A stretch of DNA of 64,000 bases, taken from the NCBI GenBank assembly GCA_965644295.1, contig CBFFRP010000192.1, positions 3,723-67,722 on the forward strand. The letters run 5' to 3'. The stretch comes from Paraphysomonas bandaiensis (lineage: Eukaryota; Protista; Chrysophyceae). Every line of letters starts with the position of its first letter. The stretch's first letter is position 1. A model generated the notes under the pieces. It worked only from the letters and a program-made list of their open reading frames with translations, had not been told where the DNA came from and did not search any database. Both the position numbers and the translations under genes were made by a program. Below are positions 14,601 through 27,909 of the stretch, one piece after another.

Positions 14601-17600
14601 ATAAAGGGCCTGGTCAGGGAAGGCGCTTTGTGGCAAAAGAGATGATAAATACGGAGCGTGTGGGTCGAATAAGCTATCTGGTCTGCATGGCGTCCCTCCA
14701 GCACTTTTGATAAATGGGACTGTACGCAGCTGGTGTATAACTCCAGGATTATCTTTCTCCAGCATCGCAAGCGATCGAAGTAACTCTATAGATAGGGAAC
14801 TTATCAGTTCGTCCGAGTACATTCCCGCTTCGATACGTGGAATAACAAAATTCGAATAAAAACTCCCCCCAGAAGGTTCAACAAGACCAAGCATTGAATA
14901 AAGTGATCTGTCCCGATGATCCCGAATACGCACAAACCTATTATCCAAAAGAGACTCATTGTTCACACTCCGAGGTGGGATTTGGAGAGCAGGTGTACTA
15001 TCACTATCAGACAAAAGCGGCGCATAGCTAGTAGCTGAAGAAATATACTCTGGCAAATATCTTTCATATACTGGAAGTGCACAGAGGACACGGCATTCTG
15101 CAGCAGATACTGATTCTAGTTTCGCCAGTATGTTATCAAGAATGAGAATTCTAACAGCATCTCTTGTTTTAACATTCCATTTTTCCGACACAGATGCAAT
15201 GCGCTTCTCAACAGAGCAGAGTGCACTCAATAGCCCGCGTGGAGATGGGTCACATAAAATACTGGTGACCTCTTGCGAGTATGCAGAGTTCCCTAATACT
15301 GAATAATATCAAGTTACAATAATCATTTAGACTAAACCAAACTCACTCATTGGATCAAAAATATATAAACCTAAGTCATACAAAGCGACAAGAGAATCAT
15401 CCGAACAAATGCTGTCCTTCAACGCCATATGCAATATTGGGGTTGACTGATATATTTTAGACAAGTAAGATCCCTCTATTAAAACATAAATCGTGATTAG
15501 AATATGGTTCCATGAATGTACTATTAAGGAAACCTGGCTTATTGGGAGGCTGAATAACAGGAACTATTGGAAATATGTCTTCAAATAAACTCAAACATTC
15601 TCTCTCGATGATATATCCCCACAAGGCTTGTAACCACTCCACAGATACAAGTTCCTTTTGCTGACCATCATTGCATGCTGAATTCTCGTGCGCGACAAGT
15701 CTATTCACTATTGTGACGTCTTCGGAAAACCAGAAGCTATAATCAGCATATTACACACACATCGCTCAGAGTTCAATAGAAAAACCTCGGAACAATTTGT
15801 CGAAGTAATTTCAACGTATCCAGAGGTGTTAACTCACGAATATTGCACTCCTCCCCAAAGTTAGAGCTTCTAATTACATTGTAAGTATGTGTGCCAACCA
15901 CTCTCTCGCTGGCAACAATATACTACATAGAGATGAATGTGATAAGCGCGAGAAAATCAACACCAAAACACCTGTCCCACACTTTTCAAAAGCTTCCTCT
16001 CTGCATCTGTCGCGATGAACAGCGGGAAATCTGTTGAGTTTCCCACAGTTCCAAGTTCTCCTAATTTCTCCATTGGAACAATAGATAATCCATGCAATGC
16101 AGAATACGATGTCGGCGGCATATCCCTCATCGAATAATCCAGCAAAAAAGATGCATTCTTTTCTCTCTCGTGATCAGAGAGCGATTTGTCATCAAGTGCA
16201 GGGTGACCCATCGGAGGCCTTGTCATCATATGTGCCCGAACAAAACTAGGAGTTATGGCTCCAGCAACACATCTCGAATCCAATAGAGTACTTATATTAA
16301 AATATCAAACAAATAAACACAAACGATGTACATCTACCTGTAAACCTGAGGCGGTACAACAGCGACACTAACGTTCTCAGCAATTAAAAGTTTTTCAAGC
16401 ATATGTACATCGTCTGCTCCATAGCTCCAATTTCCATCATTTAGTGGAGACTGGTAATCATTGTTTCTATGGTCTCGCAGTAACAGAGCAGATCCAACAG
16501 AAATGTACATGCCTCCATTGCAATTACACCACAGTAACTTCATTGCACACATCAATATGTATACCAGCATAAAATAGGCTCATCATACCTTGGCGTCACG
16601 AATAAGAGGGAGTACTGCAGCACTGACAGCGTCCCAAGGACTTGGAGGAGGTGGACAAGGCAGGAGAGATAGAATTGAGGAATAGCTCTGGTCAATAGAG
16701 TGGAATTCATTCTGGATGAGGGGGGAGCTTGTTGATGGAATATGTCCATTGATCTCTGCTGCCAGCTTTTGGAGAAGCATTGCGTAGAGAGGTGCAATGA
16801 TATCTTCCATCAATCGGGTATTCCAATGCCCCCGCAATTTACTTTCACCAGTTGTATCATCTCCGCGCCATATATCTCTTCTATTAGAGCTCAACTCGAA
16901 ATAGGCATTTATATGTACTGGAAGGTTAGTACGAATAGGAAGCGGCAAAAAACAAAATGCAAGCCCGTCTATAAACGGAAAGTTCAAAGAAGTTGAAGGT
17001 GTGAAACTGTCTGATACGCAGGCTGCAACTGCGCCCATCTAATGAATAAATATTACAAATTGCATACATAAATAATTACGATACCGGCACAAGTTTAAGG
17101 TGTCTCGTCCTCGGGTCACAGGCCAAGGCCTTAGCCCCGCCCCCGCGTAACCCAGATGCAACAAAGTATTCCACGGAAGAGTGAATAAAACCATCATCCT
17201 GCTTCACGTCATCTGATTTAACGAATGCATGTCCATTGACAAGAACATCAATAGATACATGCACTCTGTAAGTGATACTCGGCAGTTTACTATCTGGAGT
17301 GGATGACAACAGTGTGTAAAAGGCATCTCTTGTTGGTGGTACATCAGAAGAGCCCGACAAGTTCGCTTCTTTACTGAATTTTTTCTCAAAATATCGTAGT
17401 AAAGACTGATCGTTGTATGCTGTTATGTTAGACATCGAAGACAGAGCTCTCTGGCATAAAACAGGAGATGCGCTACCTTCCTTAAGGCGATACACTTCAA
17501 TAGATGTCACTGACCGCAAAAATATCAAATGATGAGCCAATTGTGCAGTCAGCTGATCGAGTAGCTGGTTAGCATCTGCAACAGAATACGAACGCTTGCT

Positions 17601-20600
17601 AATTTCACTTTTTCTAGCCAGTTCAGGCGTTCTTAACGGGAAACGAAACAATGTTCCAGGGTATGGGTCCTCAAAATTACATCCAAAAAACTCATATGGC
17701 TTGAATTGATCTGGAAATGTATTCCTCAACGAATTGGAACAGAACTTCATCCTCAGTCCAGGTTGCGCTGCAGTTGTACCCGGAATAAAAGTAGTGTGAG
17801 GGTCAAATACAACTAGATACTCTCCTGAAACAAAAGATGGTGTATCAGTCAAATGATACACACTGTTGAAGCCTAGTCCAAATCTTCCAGTTGCAGATAG
17901 TTTTTCTAATTTAGACCCTTGCCCTATACGAGCAAGACTTCGAAAGTCAGACTCTGAGAAACGAGAGTCATTAGATACCAGCAGTGACGGGCCTTGCAAG
18001 GGCGCCACACTGGCATCCATAAGAGACTCGGTAGGATATGAATTCTCGTCAACCATAATTCGAACAACAGAAGCACCAGCATCATCAGCGTTCTGGATAA
18101 GTTCAGATAGTATCGGGTTGCCATCTGTCGATGTAAATACTAAATTATATGGTATAGTCTGGAATATAACTCACCTGGGTACATATCCAAGATAGTACGA
18201 AGTCTTCCAGTGAGAGACTCCGCCTGTCCAAATGCTTCAATGTGTGCATCTGCGTCATTAAAAAACGACTCCACACTCCGATCAACAAGCATGAGCCGCA
18301 TCGATTTCACACCTACGCGCTGTGCAACTTTAGTCGATATGTGAGAGTGGCACAATCGTAATCCCGATCGTGCTGAGGCGTATTCAGCACCGTTCAGCCA
18401 TGGAACGTCATCACAAACCAGTGTTGTAGCAACAGCAAACTTCCCCATGTGGTCTGGGACGTATATTGTATGATCAAGTGGGCGAAAACTATAGCTACTA
18501 CGATCGCCACCACCCTCGGCGCTCAGCATTGTTACCAACGATACGGCAAGGTCGATTTCATAATCATGCAATGCTGCTACAGTAGAGTTGACATCTTCCG
18601 TTGCACCTGACTCCACCGCCATCTGACGGAGAACCGCAACATAATCGCGAGCGTAAAATGTATCCTTGACATTAAATAAATCTAGCAACTTCCTATACAC
18701 AGCTAGATCCTGAGGAATTACATATAAATACGGCACTAGACTAAGCGCGGAAGAGTATGCTACGCGATTAGGATGTACAAAAGTGTCCCCAACCCATATC
18801 CATGGGTGGGCACTCAGAATAGAAACAACAGTATTTAATTCATCTGGAGCACAGCTGTTAAGTCGTTGATAAAGTAGAGGTATAAGTGCTGTTATTGTCT
18901 CCCGAGCATTTTGAAGAGACTCTTCAGACTTTCCAACATCACTACCTGAAGAATCAGAACAATCAACTTTTTGAATATACTTCACCGCCAGCTCCTTCAA
19001 CTGTTCAGCTATGACACTGATAGGCAGAGGGTCGCCCCACTTCAATGCTCGTACAAGAGAGTCGGAGTAAATGGGATGAGTCGTGAGACAGAGCGAGGCA
19101 GAACACAGCCACGCGTCATTAGAAGGGCGACATAAACGAGGCGGTGCCACATCCACTGAAGTGAGAATCTGACACCAAGGGATAAATTCATGTGGTGGTT
19201 GCTGGCATATTGGTACCCAAGCAATATCAATTAGCTGGTTAATATTAGCTGCTACCGAGGAGGTGTCAGTGGTTTGCTTTTCAGATCCAAAAAGCCCTCG
19301 AAGACTAAAAATCGACGATCGGCGATTTTCAGATTTCTTTTCCTCGCCCATTAAACGACTAATATTTTTCGTCAAATATTGCAGAAAACAGGCTCCTCTC
19401 TTCTGCCTCTCCGACAGTTGTAAAGAAACGTCTTCGGTATTCACACATCTGTCGGCTACGTCCACATGTTGTGGCATACTTTCGATCGATCTTGCACATG
19501 CTAACACTCCTGTCCAATCCAGAGAAGATTGAAGCCCTGCAATGCGGAGATGGGCCAGAACATCCTCCCTTTGAAACTCAGGGCACGGAAAAAATGATGC
19601 ATCGAGCAGTGCAGTAAGCTCGTCATCGTCGGGGTCAAACAAATCTGATGGTCGATGGAGCGTTCGAGTTCCCATCTCGTTTGCGTCAGAAGCGTCGTTT
19701 CCTATGCTGCCATTGGGAATGTATTTCGCATTCTTTAGTAGCGTACAAAAACCCCGGTCCTCCTCCATTAGACTCACTACTTCCTGTACCATTTCAAAAA
19801 TATCATGTTCAACGGCTATAGGTTCACTTCTATGAAGGGATTCGACACGAGGCAAAAACTCCGTAGCAAAATACTTACTGCGGTTAATTACTTCAACACC
19901 AAGCAAAGATAGGAGCTCAAGCTCCTGAGATGTGTCATAATGAAGGAAATTTTCAGGAAGCAATACTGGCGACAACCTGGCCATATTTTTCAACGCCACA
20001 TACTGAACTCTTCTCGAGGAAAGCTGAGAAAGATCAATATACTGGGAGTTGTGACACAGAGTATATATAGGAAGGCTACGAACAATTTGAGCTTCCTTGC
20101 CTGTAAAAATGTTAGAATAAAGCTCAAGTACGTAGTACATCACCTGAGAGAGCGCTCACAGGCTCACTACGTGCAATAAACAGAAACAAACTCTTTCTCT
20201 GATCTGGAGATAGCGATTCAAATATAGTAGCGGAGTTACCACTTTCTTGGGTATCCACAAGAGCAGTGACATTTTGACGTTGCAGTGAGTCGAGGACACA
20301 TAGTACACCGCTCCGAGAAGAGGAGTACACATATTCCCAAAGTACTGAAGGCACGGAAGAAAATGACGAAATCATTGATTCATCGACAATATGTCCCCCA
20401 AGAGCGTCGAGTGCATCCACAACTAATTCAGGTAGATCAATGTCTGATCTTTGCTTCACGATCATGTTGGACAGACGAGAAAGTGGAAGTAATATTCCTT
20501 GGCGGGTAGGAACTATTGCAGCACCCTCTACGACTGCAGTCACTATGTCTGGATGGAGTGATACATATGACCAAAAGTCTTTTAGGAAGTCTACAAGACC

Positions 20601-23136
20601 AGCGGCGGCATCACCAAGCGACAGAAGTTGCACCGGAAGCCCCTCGAAACACTCCAACGGCATAATTCGGCGAAGTATATCAGGAACAACGGAAGGAGAG
20701 AAACGCAATACGTTTGACATTACTTCCATTTCTTTATTCGTCAGGAACTCAACCTCAGATGCACCTATAATTGACGTATTTACAAGAATACTCGCTGCGG
20801 CACTAAAAACTATTCTGGCATCATCGTCACATACTATGTATACTGTACTGGAGGGGTCAGTGATGATGTCATCCGTAGAATCGAATGACATTAGCAAGTC
20901 ACATGCACGCGCAACGTCATTATTCGTACGTGATAGCGCGAATCTGGCCTGTGTTAAAGAAAACCCCATTGCAGTCAGCTCCAAAGCATTTTTCCGAACC
21001 TCGCCGGAAAATATCCGTAGAACACCAACTTCACCACTTTCAAGGGGTATAATGGGAAGGAAGTCCATCTCGTGGAATGGATGCGTAGGGTCTATATCAG
21101 ACAAACAGTATTTTAGCAAGAGTTTGCAAGCCTCAGGAGTGGGTACATACGATTCTGCTTGCTTGCCAGTTTGGTTATTGGCACATTTACATCTGAGTGA
21201 ATCTCTTATGAACCGGGGTGTTGCCAATAACTGACAAGCACCAGATTTTATCACACTCTCCCGCAAATTTGGTGAACATGTTACCACAGGCTGTCCTGCT
21301 GCCAAAAGTACATTTGTCAGTGCGATCATATCATCATCGGACAGGCCTTGCTTGTGGTCCGGCAACATCACTGCGTGCCGTGTCTCAATCCAAAACGAGT
21401 TTTCTTCTCCAATCATACCGCCTGTTCCCAAAATAACGGGGTCGCGATGCTTACTAGATGAAAATATGCTCGATCGAGGCTTTTTCCGAGCTAATTCTGC
21501 GCTCTGTGTGGCAAGATTATTTATGACAACGTTAGAGTTTCTTCTGAGAAGACGCTCTGAGGCGGAGAGCGAAAGGGTTGCGAGTGCAACGTGTTTCCAC
21601 GGTGCAGATAGAGAGGCTGATGGCCACAACGACTGATATGCATCAGAGAATCCCAGCACATCCCTGACTCGTAAGAGCAATCTGACGTACGAGGGACTCA
21701 CAATATCACGCATCAATGATTCGTTCCAAAGCGCTCTGGTACGCCCATCTCCCTCCATATCAGACCCACCCTGCCACTGTGCCAACGGAAGTCAAGCATA
21801 AAAGGAATAGGCAAGTTTATAATCACAACACCCACCACATCTCTTCTATTAGAACTTAGTTCAAAGAAGCCGTTGACCATGACAGGTAGGCCGGTCTGCA
21901 CAGGCAAAGGAAGAAAACAGTACGCTAGGCCTGACGCATATTCTGTGGAAGAACAGGAAGCGGTGGAAGAGATACGAGCAGCTACCCCACCCCAAGGTAC
22001 CAAGCGGAGGAATGCGTTGACCGGATCACATGCAATGCGCGCGCATTGCCCCCCCCCGCCCAGTTGATTACAAACCTCCCATGTCTCCTCGTACTTTTCC
22101 CCGCCGGAGCCGGAACACCTGATTACGAGAGAATAGTCCACTATGGCTTCTCTCATTGACGCTGCAGCAGGCATTCCAGCAGTAGAAATAAAATTTCCAC
22201 TAGCAGCTGCACTAGATACACGAACAGCATCTCCAACATATGACCGCAATTCCCTCAACGAGGCTGTGGTGTTACTAACTGCGGCTGAAAACAAGGGTAC
22301 TGGCCGGACCTCCTCTTGCCCCCATATCTGGATATCGATACGTTCCACACTTTTGAGAAATAGAAGCATTGCAGAGGCTTCTATGCGCAGAGATCTAAGA
22401 AGAGATTCTACGTCGTATGTACTCATGACTCTCTTCGATAACAAGGAATCTTCAGCCTGCTTTGGGGTTCGCAATGGAATACGGAAGAGAGTACCAGCAT
22501 ATGGCTCTGACCAATCCACCCCGTACGTCTGATAGGGAATAAACTGGTCCCGATAGCGACTCAAAACCTCCTTATTTGCTAAGAAATTAACCATCTTTCC
22601 AGGGTTCGAAGGGTTGACGTCCGGCAGGTATCTGGCCTGTACACTGTTACATACTATCGTTGCGTTACTCGGCAGCTTACCTGTGGATCCAGCATTACCA
22701 AGTACGTGGAGCTAACAAAGCTAGGAAGTTCCGTCATATGGTAAACACTATTAAAACCAATACCAAATCTACCGATTTTAGACTTGGTGTCATTGCTTTT
22801 CTTCAGGGAATCACCTATTCGTTGTATTGATTGGAAATCCGTTTCGGTGAAAACAGCATCATTGTGTACAAGTAGTGATGGTCCTTGAAATTCAACAAGA
22901 GATTGACTTGCAAGATAAGAGGACGGGTGTGTTCTTTTATCTAAACAAAAGGTTATTGTCTTTGCACCAGCATCATCAGCATTTTGAACAAGTTCCTAAT
23001 TCAACACATGAGGAAAATCTAATTATAACTAATAAACCTTTAATATTGAGGTCCCTTCCGGGTAGTTGCGAAGAATATTTCGAATAGATGCAGTCAGATC
23101 TACTTTCTGTCCAAAGTCGACCCCAAAAGCGGACAT
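5679..23136 (-). CDS. Sacsin-like giant protein (three sacsin repeat regions with GHKL/Hsp90-like ATPase modules, internal UBA, C-terminal RING finger); multi-exon
   Basis: Starts MSAFGVDFGQKVDLTASIRNILRNYPEG. ELVQNADDAGA/ELIQNADDAGA and GRFGxGFNSVYH occur twice, as does FCFLPLP-x-TxLPVxxNxxFELSSNRRD. The third repeat is degenerate (ORF 11742..15230). The terminal RING CQICLC..PCGHTICGIC..|CPFCR is split by an intron; stop at 5679..5681. Many short GT-AG introns join the long ORFs. Confidence 0.92.
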
Positions 23137-24565
23137 ATTGCAACGTAAATCAAGCTGTCGTGTGCTCGTTGATTTCCACAAACAAGTTCCGGTTCTTCAC
23201 TTCTGTATGTCCGCAAGCATAAATAAACAATGCATTACTTCCTTTATATTCCTTCACAGATATGAATACATTGAACTGAGAACATGGTCATGTCTGACTG
23301 CTGTAATAAGTGGCATACTAAAAATAAGAACTGAATAATAGCAGTGTATAGACTTTTTCAACGAAGGAGCGCTGATGTTTTTTTGCACTGCACTTTTTTT
23401 TTCGAAAGTTGTAATAATTTTGCTTTCGTCCTTCTCACAGCACTCAACGTCACTCCATTAACAGGCTACCACAGGTGTCATATATGAGTCAATGGTAGAA
23501 TAATGCCACCAATGCATTATCATGAGTAGTGTAATGACACTAGAACAGAGAAAAGGAAAGAGAAAGAGCCCTAGACTTCCAGAGAAGCAGCAATCTGTCC
23601 AGGTACAACATAACCCATATCTTTCATATTCATGACCAATTTACATAAAGAGCTAGTTGCAACCACTAAACAAAAAAATAATGATGAAGGGACAAAATAT
23701 TCCATTGCCAATTGTTAAGTTATTGATGCATCACTGCCTTGATTTGGGAAGCACGCCTGACTTCGCTCATGAAAATCTTACTATAGATGACAATATCACC
23801 CTCAAACATATTAAAAAGTTGTGGACAGAATATAAAGCATGAGTTATGAAGAGAGAATGCATGTTGGTACGAATCACCCAAGAAAACGCCCCAGACACAC
23901 GTTTGAACAGAATGAAGACGCTAAAGATTACCTTGATGAAATGTTGGAGATGATCGTAGCGTCAGCCCTAATCGGAAACCATTCACAATAACATACATTT
24001 TGTTGAAATATTTTACGGATTATGACACAATTACGATTTATCAAAAATCTCGCGATTGACAGTAAGAGTTATGCGTGATTGACAATTCAGCTAGATTTGT
24101 AAATAGCATATTTTTTATTTCGTAGAAGAGAACGCTACCGAATTGGTGTCATATATACTTCAAGTTATTACATTAATTTCTTAATTCAAATCACTTCACG
24201 TAAGTAGTGTTAATTCTTAATGCATACTACATAATGAAAACAATTTCCTAACAATCAATTAATTCTGCATGCAGGCAGCAACGTCAAAATTGTCTCTGCA
24301 TAAGTCAAAATGATGATATGCCTGTAAACCCCCCGGCTGCCTAATGCTGTAGTGTCTAAATGCAAAATTTATTAGTGTTGAGTGGTATAGTCGAGTGCTT
24401 ACTCGGTCACAGGTTGAATTATAGCTGCCATCATAAGCACTTATTCAGGCCCTCTTCCAATAAATGCCATCAGCTCTTTCGAGACGACGCAATCTCACAG
24501 GTATAGTCGGATCCACTGATAGATGTCTGTATTCGTTCCTGTACTATATATGTATGTATATATGG

Positions 24566-24991
24566 ATTCATGGTGATTGAGCGCGGAGTTATTTCTCCTC
24601 ACTTATGTGAGTTGATGGATTAATGAGGTGAAACTCCTCAGCGTGCTCCCTCCCAGGGTTAATGGCAGGTAGATGATTGGCAGCGTAGCTTCTGCTTAGA
24701 TCGTCCCAGTCCCTGGCTTGGTTGAACCTGTGCTCTCATCATTGAAACTGTATATATAATTGTTCTCATACAATTGTTTATTGATGTTGTCTATGTATGT
24801 ATAAATATTCGTGGTGATTGAGCGCGGAGTTATTTCTCCTCACTTATGTGAGTTGATGAATTAATGAGGTGCAACTCCTCAGCGTGCTCCCTCCCAGGGT
24901 TAATGGCAGGTAGATGATTGGCAGCGTAGCTTCTGCTTAGATCGTTCCAGTCCCTGGCTTGGTTGAACCTGTGCTCTCATCATTGAAACTG
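24566..24991. repeat. Two tandem ~185-nt units (period 241 bp), strongly self-complementary, flanked by TA-rich tracts
   Basis: 24566..24750 and 24807..24991 differ at about 4 positions. Several hairpins are visible by eye. Confidence 0.9.
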
Positions 24992-25095
24992 ATATAGATA
25001 TATATATATATTGAAGCATTTTCCTTATATATTTTGCTTCTACTGTATTTTACAATTTATGACGTCGACGTTATAGCTAATCCTGCTCTCCGTAG

Positions 25096-26720
25096 ATACT
25101 GTAGCCTTGGAGGGCCACGCAGATGCAATTACGAGATCAGCATGTTGCCAGAATATGTGTCTACTCCGAACCCTCGGTTATGAACAAGGAAAGATGTTGG
25201 TGTTTGAGTCCCTTAAAGGTCGAGATTCAATGAATCGTGCAGGACGAAGGGATCACATCCGTCAGATACTAGATACCTGTATATAGTGTCTCGACACTCA
25301 GATTCCGGTTATTGCAAAATGGAATGGAAGATTGGAGACAACTTAAGATGAAGGCACGGGTATCTGGCGTATGCAAGGATTGTTTTTGTAATGTGTATGG
25401 TGTGTCACCATCACATGTTGATATGGTTGTTCGTGAACTCAAAACTGGCACGACAAACTCGTCACAAGTATTCTCAGACCACAGTACTTCTCCTCTTGCT
25501 GTACTTGCCGGATTGAGAAGAGTTGCGAAGCCTTTTGGTATTCATTTGACCAAGCGTGGCTGCTGCGAAACTACCCAACAGCCCCGTGGTGAGTAGATTT
25601 TTAAAATTATATTGGACGTGTTGTCTGCATTTGTAATTATATTATGTATAATGTAGTTTATGTCACAGTAATAATGTACTACGTTTAGGTTCTATCTGCA
25701 TACGGATGGATGCTAGATCATTTCAAGCTGGTGGGTGATTATCAACCTAACCTAGGAGGAGAAATCCATTTAGAGCCCCGACATATTGTTGAAATTACAG
25801 AGAGTACACGCTGGACCTGCAGCACGCTGAGATACCTGCAGTTTCTGTTGATCAATTTGCATCGATTTGGACCAACTGCCTGCCATATGTGAAAATCCGA
25901 GAGTTCAAAGCAGTTACTGGTAAATGTCAATGCTGTGCTGACCTAAGCACACTGCGACGTACTCACAAGTCACAAATGGACAGGGAGTATGTCACCACGA
26001 TGCATGCACTGCACCGCAGTGCATACATGGGGGAACGGGCGGCCTATGCGGAGCGTCGGCACAAAGCGATTATGCAAAAGTCGAGTTTTATGTCGTGCAT
26101 ATCAGATGGAATGGCCCAGAATCATTGCATTCTTCCACATTTTGGGAATCAAAACAGTTGGGGGGCAGATAGTCTGCCGCAGCATCTTCAAGGAGTACTT
26201 AATCATAATCGAGGAATTATCATCTACCGTACGTTTCATACAGTGTTAACAACTGTTCAAATGTGGCGATGCATTGTTTTCTAGATACTTTACAGAAAAC
26301 TATCAACGCGGAGGGTAAATTGCCGGATACTGTTTTCTATCAAATTGATGGAGGTCCAGAAAACACAGCGTATTGTTGGTTTGCACTCTGTGAATTGATT
26401 GTAGCACGACGTCTGTGTAAGCGTTTAGTGTTGACTCGACTAATGGTGGGGCATACGCACGAAGATATTGATTCTAAGTATGGTACTTTGTGGAAGAAAA
26501 TAAGGTACGACGCAATATGAACTCTTACTTTACGTTGTCTTTGTGTTAATATGTATGTCCAGATCCAAATACGTGTACACCCCCCACAACAGTACAAAGA
26601 TCACATTGAATCTGCACTGTCGACAAAGAAATCACGCTGCATTGTGGAAGATCTTTTCGCGATTCCAGACTACAAGAAACTATTGGACGCTCACACAGAC
26701 AGACGGTTAAACGCCCAAAT
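25096..26720 (+). pseudogene. DUF7869-type (Sola-like DDE) transposase remnant, frameshifted, with introns
   Basis: Motifs across several broken frames: VCKDCFCNVYGVS, GKCQCC, SCISDGMAQ, LPDTVFYQIDGGPEN, LMVGHTHEDIDSKYG. Confidence 0.75.
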
Positions 26721-26904
26721 TAAGGGTAAGAAGACAAGCCAAAAAATAGAGGCTGAGTGGAAGAAGGTTCAAAAACAGTGGAAGCGGATTGGTTTGAGAC
26801 ATGAATCGTTTCATTTGCCAGATTCAGACCTTTTCAGTCAATATCCAACATTAGAGCTGCGACGGCTAACGCTCCTGAGCATATTTCTTTGTCGTGACAA
26901 GTGT

Positions 26905-27063
26905 TCAATGATGGTAAAACTAGAGTCCCACTCATTATATCACCACTCTTTTGAATATATCCCGTTAAATCTATATCAACTACACTATCTTTTATATTTG
27001 TATTATATAGTCTAATGCATTAAAAACTGTATTTGATCTTTTCGGTTTAGGGTAAACACTCAT
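26905..27063 (-). pseudogene. Truncated, frameshifted virus-like fibre/structural gene start
   Basis: ATG at 27063 gives MSVYPKPKRSNTVFNALDY; after a frameshift in an AT run it continues NTNIKDSVVDIDLTGYIQKSGDIMSGTLVLP, a YxxKxGDxMxGxL fibre-type motif. Confidence 0.5.
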
Positions 27064-27114
27064 GATAATATATATTTATACTATATAATTATTTATAACA
27101 TATATATATATACA

Positions 27115-27909
27115 ATGTCATTAACTTCTATTATCAACATTGCTAATCACATTAATAAATATAATGTCGTTCAAGGTAATACAAACACACAATACCAAAC
27201 AAATGTTACTTTTCCTACATCATTTACAGGGCTTCCAACTGCTTTTAATGGTCAAGATGTTTTTGATACTCATATTACTAAGTCTTATTCTGGTGGAAGT
27301 GGTTCAACTGCTTACGCTAATGGAGATTATAACTTAATTTGTTCTTCATATGGTAAATCTGGAGCCGATCCTTTGAATTCATGCAATTTATTATTTGATG
27401 ATAGTAATGAGACGTTCTGGGGAAATAACAGAAACAATACCGGACCAAATGGTATTGACAATTACAGAGATGGCGTTTTTCATGCTATGCCTTCTGGTGA
27501 AGCTTATGATGATACAACAGGTAATTACATTGGTAGCAATGGAACAGATTATTATTTTTCAACTACATATGATACATCACAATCAATAGCTGGCGAATGG
27601 GTTCAAGTTCAATTACCTTATAAAATTCGTTTAACATCTATATCAACTCAAGAAAGAAGCACACCACAAGAGAGAACAATGAAAGCATGTTATATATTAG
27701 GTTCTGATGATGGCACAACTTGGAATTATATTGATGATGTAGCATTTCCAGCCACTCAAGATTCAACTTTGTTCACTGAAGCAGTTACAACAACTAAAAG
27801 ATATTCAATTATAAGAATTGTTATTGCCTCAGCAGGTTATATTATGTTCAATACTATCAATTTTAGATTAACAGGTGATACATGGAGTTTAGATTCAACA
27901 ACTGAATGA
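27115..27909 (+). CDS. Intronless AT-rich protein with a discoidin/F5-8 type C-like carbohydrate-binding domain, probably of viral (PLV/virophage/NCLDV) origin
   Basis: 264-aa intact ORF with GEWVQVQLPYKIRLTSI, YILGSDDGTTWNYI and YSIIRIVI. Strongly A/T-ending codons, unlike the neighbouring host genes. Confidence 0.65.
   Translation: MSLTSIINIANHINKYNVVQGNTNTQYQTNVTFPTSFTGLPTAFNGQDVFDTHITKSYSGGSGSTAYANGDYNLICSSYGKSGADPLNSCNLLFDDSNETFWGNNRNNTGPNGIDNYRDGVFHAMPSGEAYDDTTGNYIGSNGTDYYFSTTYDTSQSIAGEWVQVQLPYKIRLTSISTQERSTPQERTMKACYILGSDDGTTWNYIDDVAFPATQDSTLFTEAVTTTKRYSIIRIVIASAGYIMFNTINFRLTGDTWSLDSTTE

Noticed and set aside
6654-23338. Numerous plus-strand ORFs overlapping the sacsin gene (likewise over the other minus-strand genes)
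   Set aside because: Antisense shadows of long coding exons with no recognisable motifs.
24566-24991. Hammerhead, twister, HDV, TPP riboswitch, tRNA or snRNA identity for the structured repeat
   Set aside because: Partial words occur (CTGAGGA on the minus strand, GAACCTG, TTAA in an internal loop), but the required order and pairings of each consensus are not met by eye.
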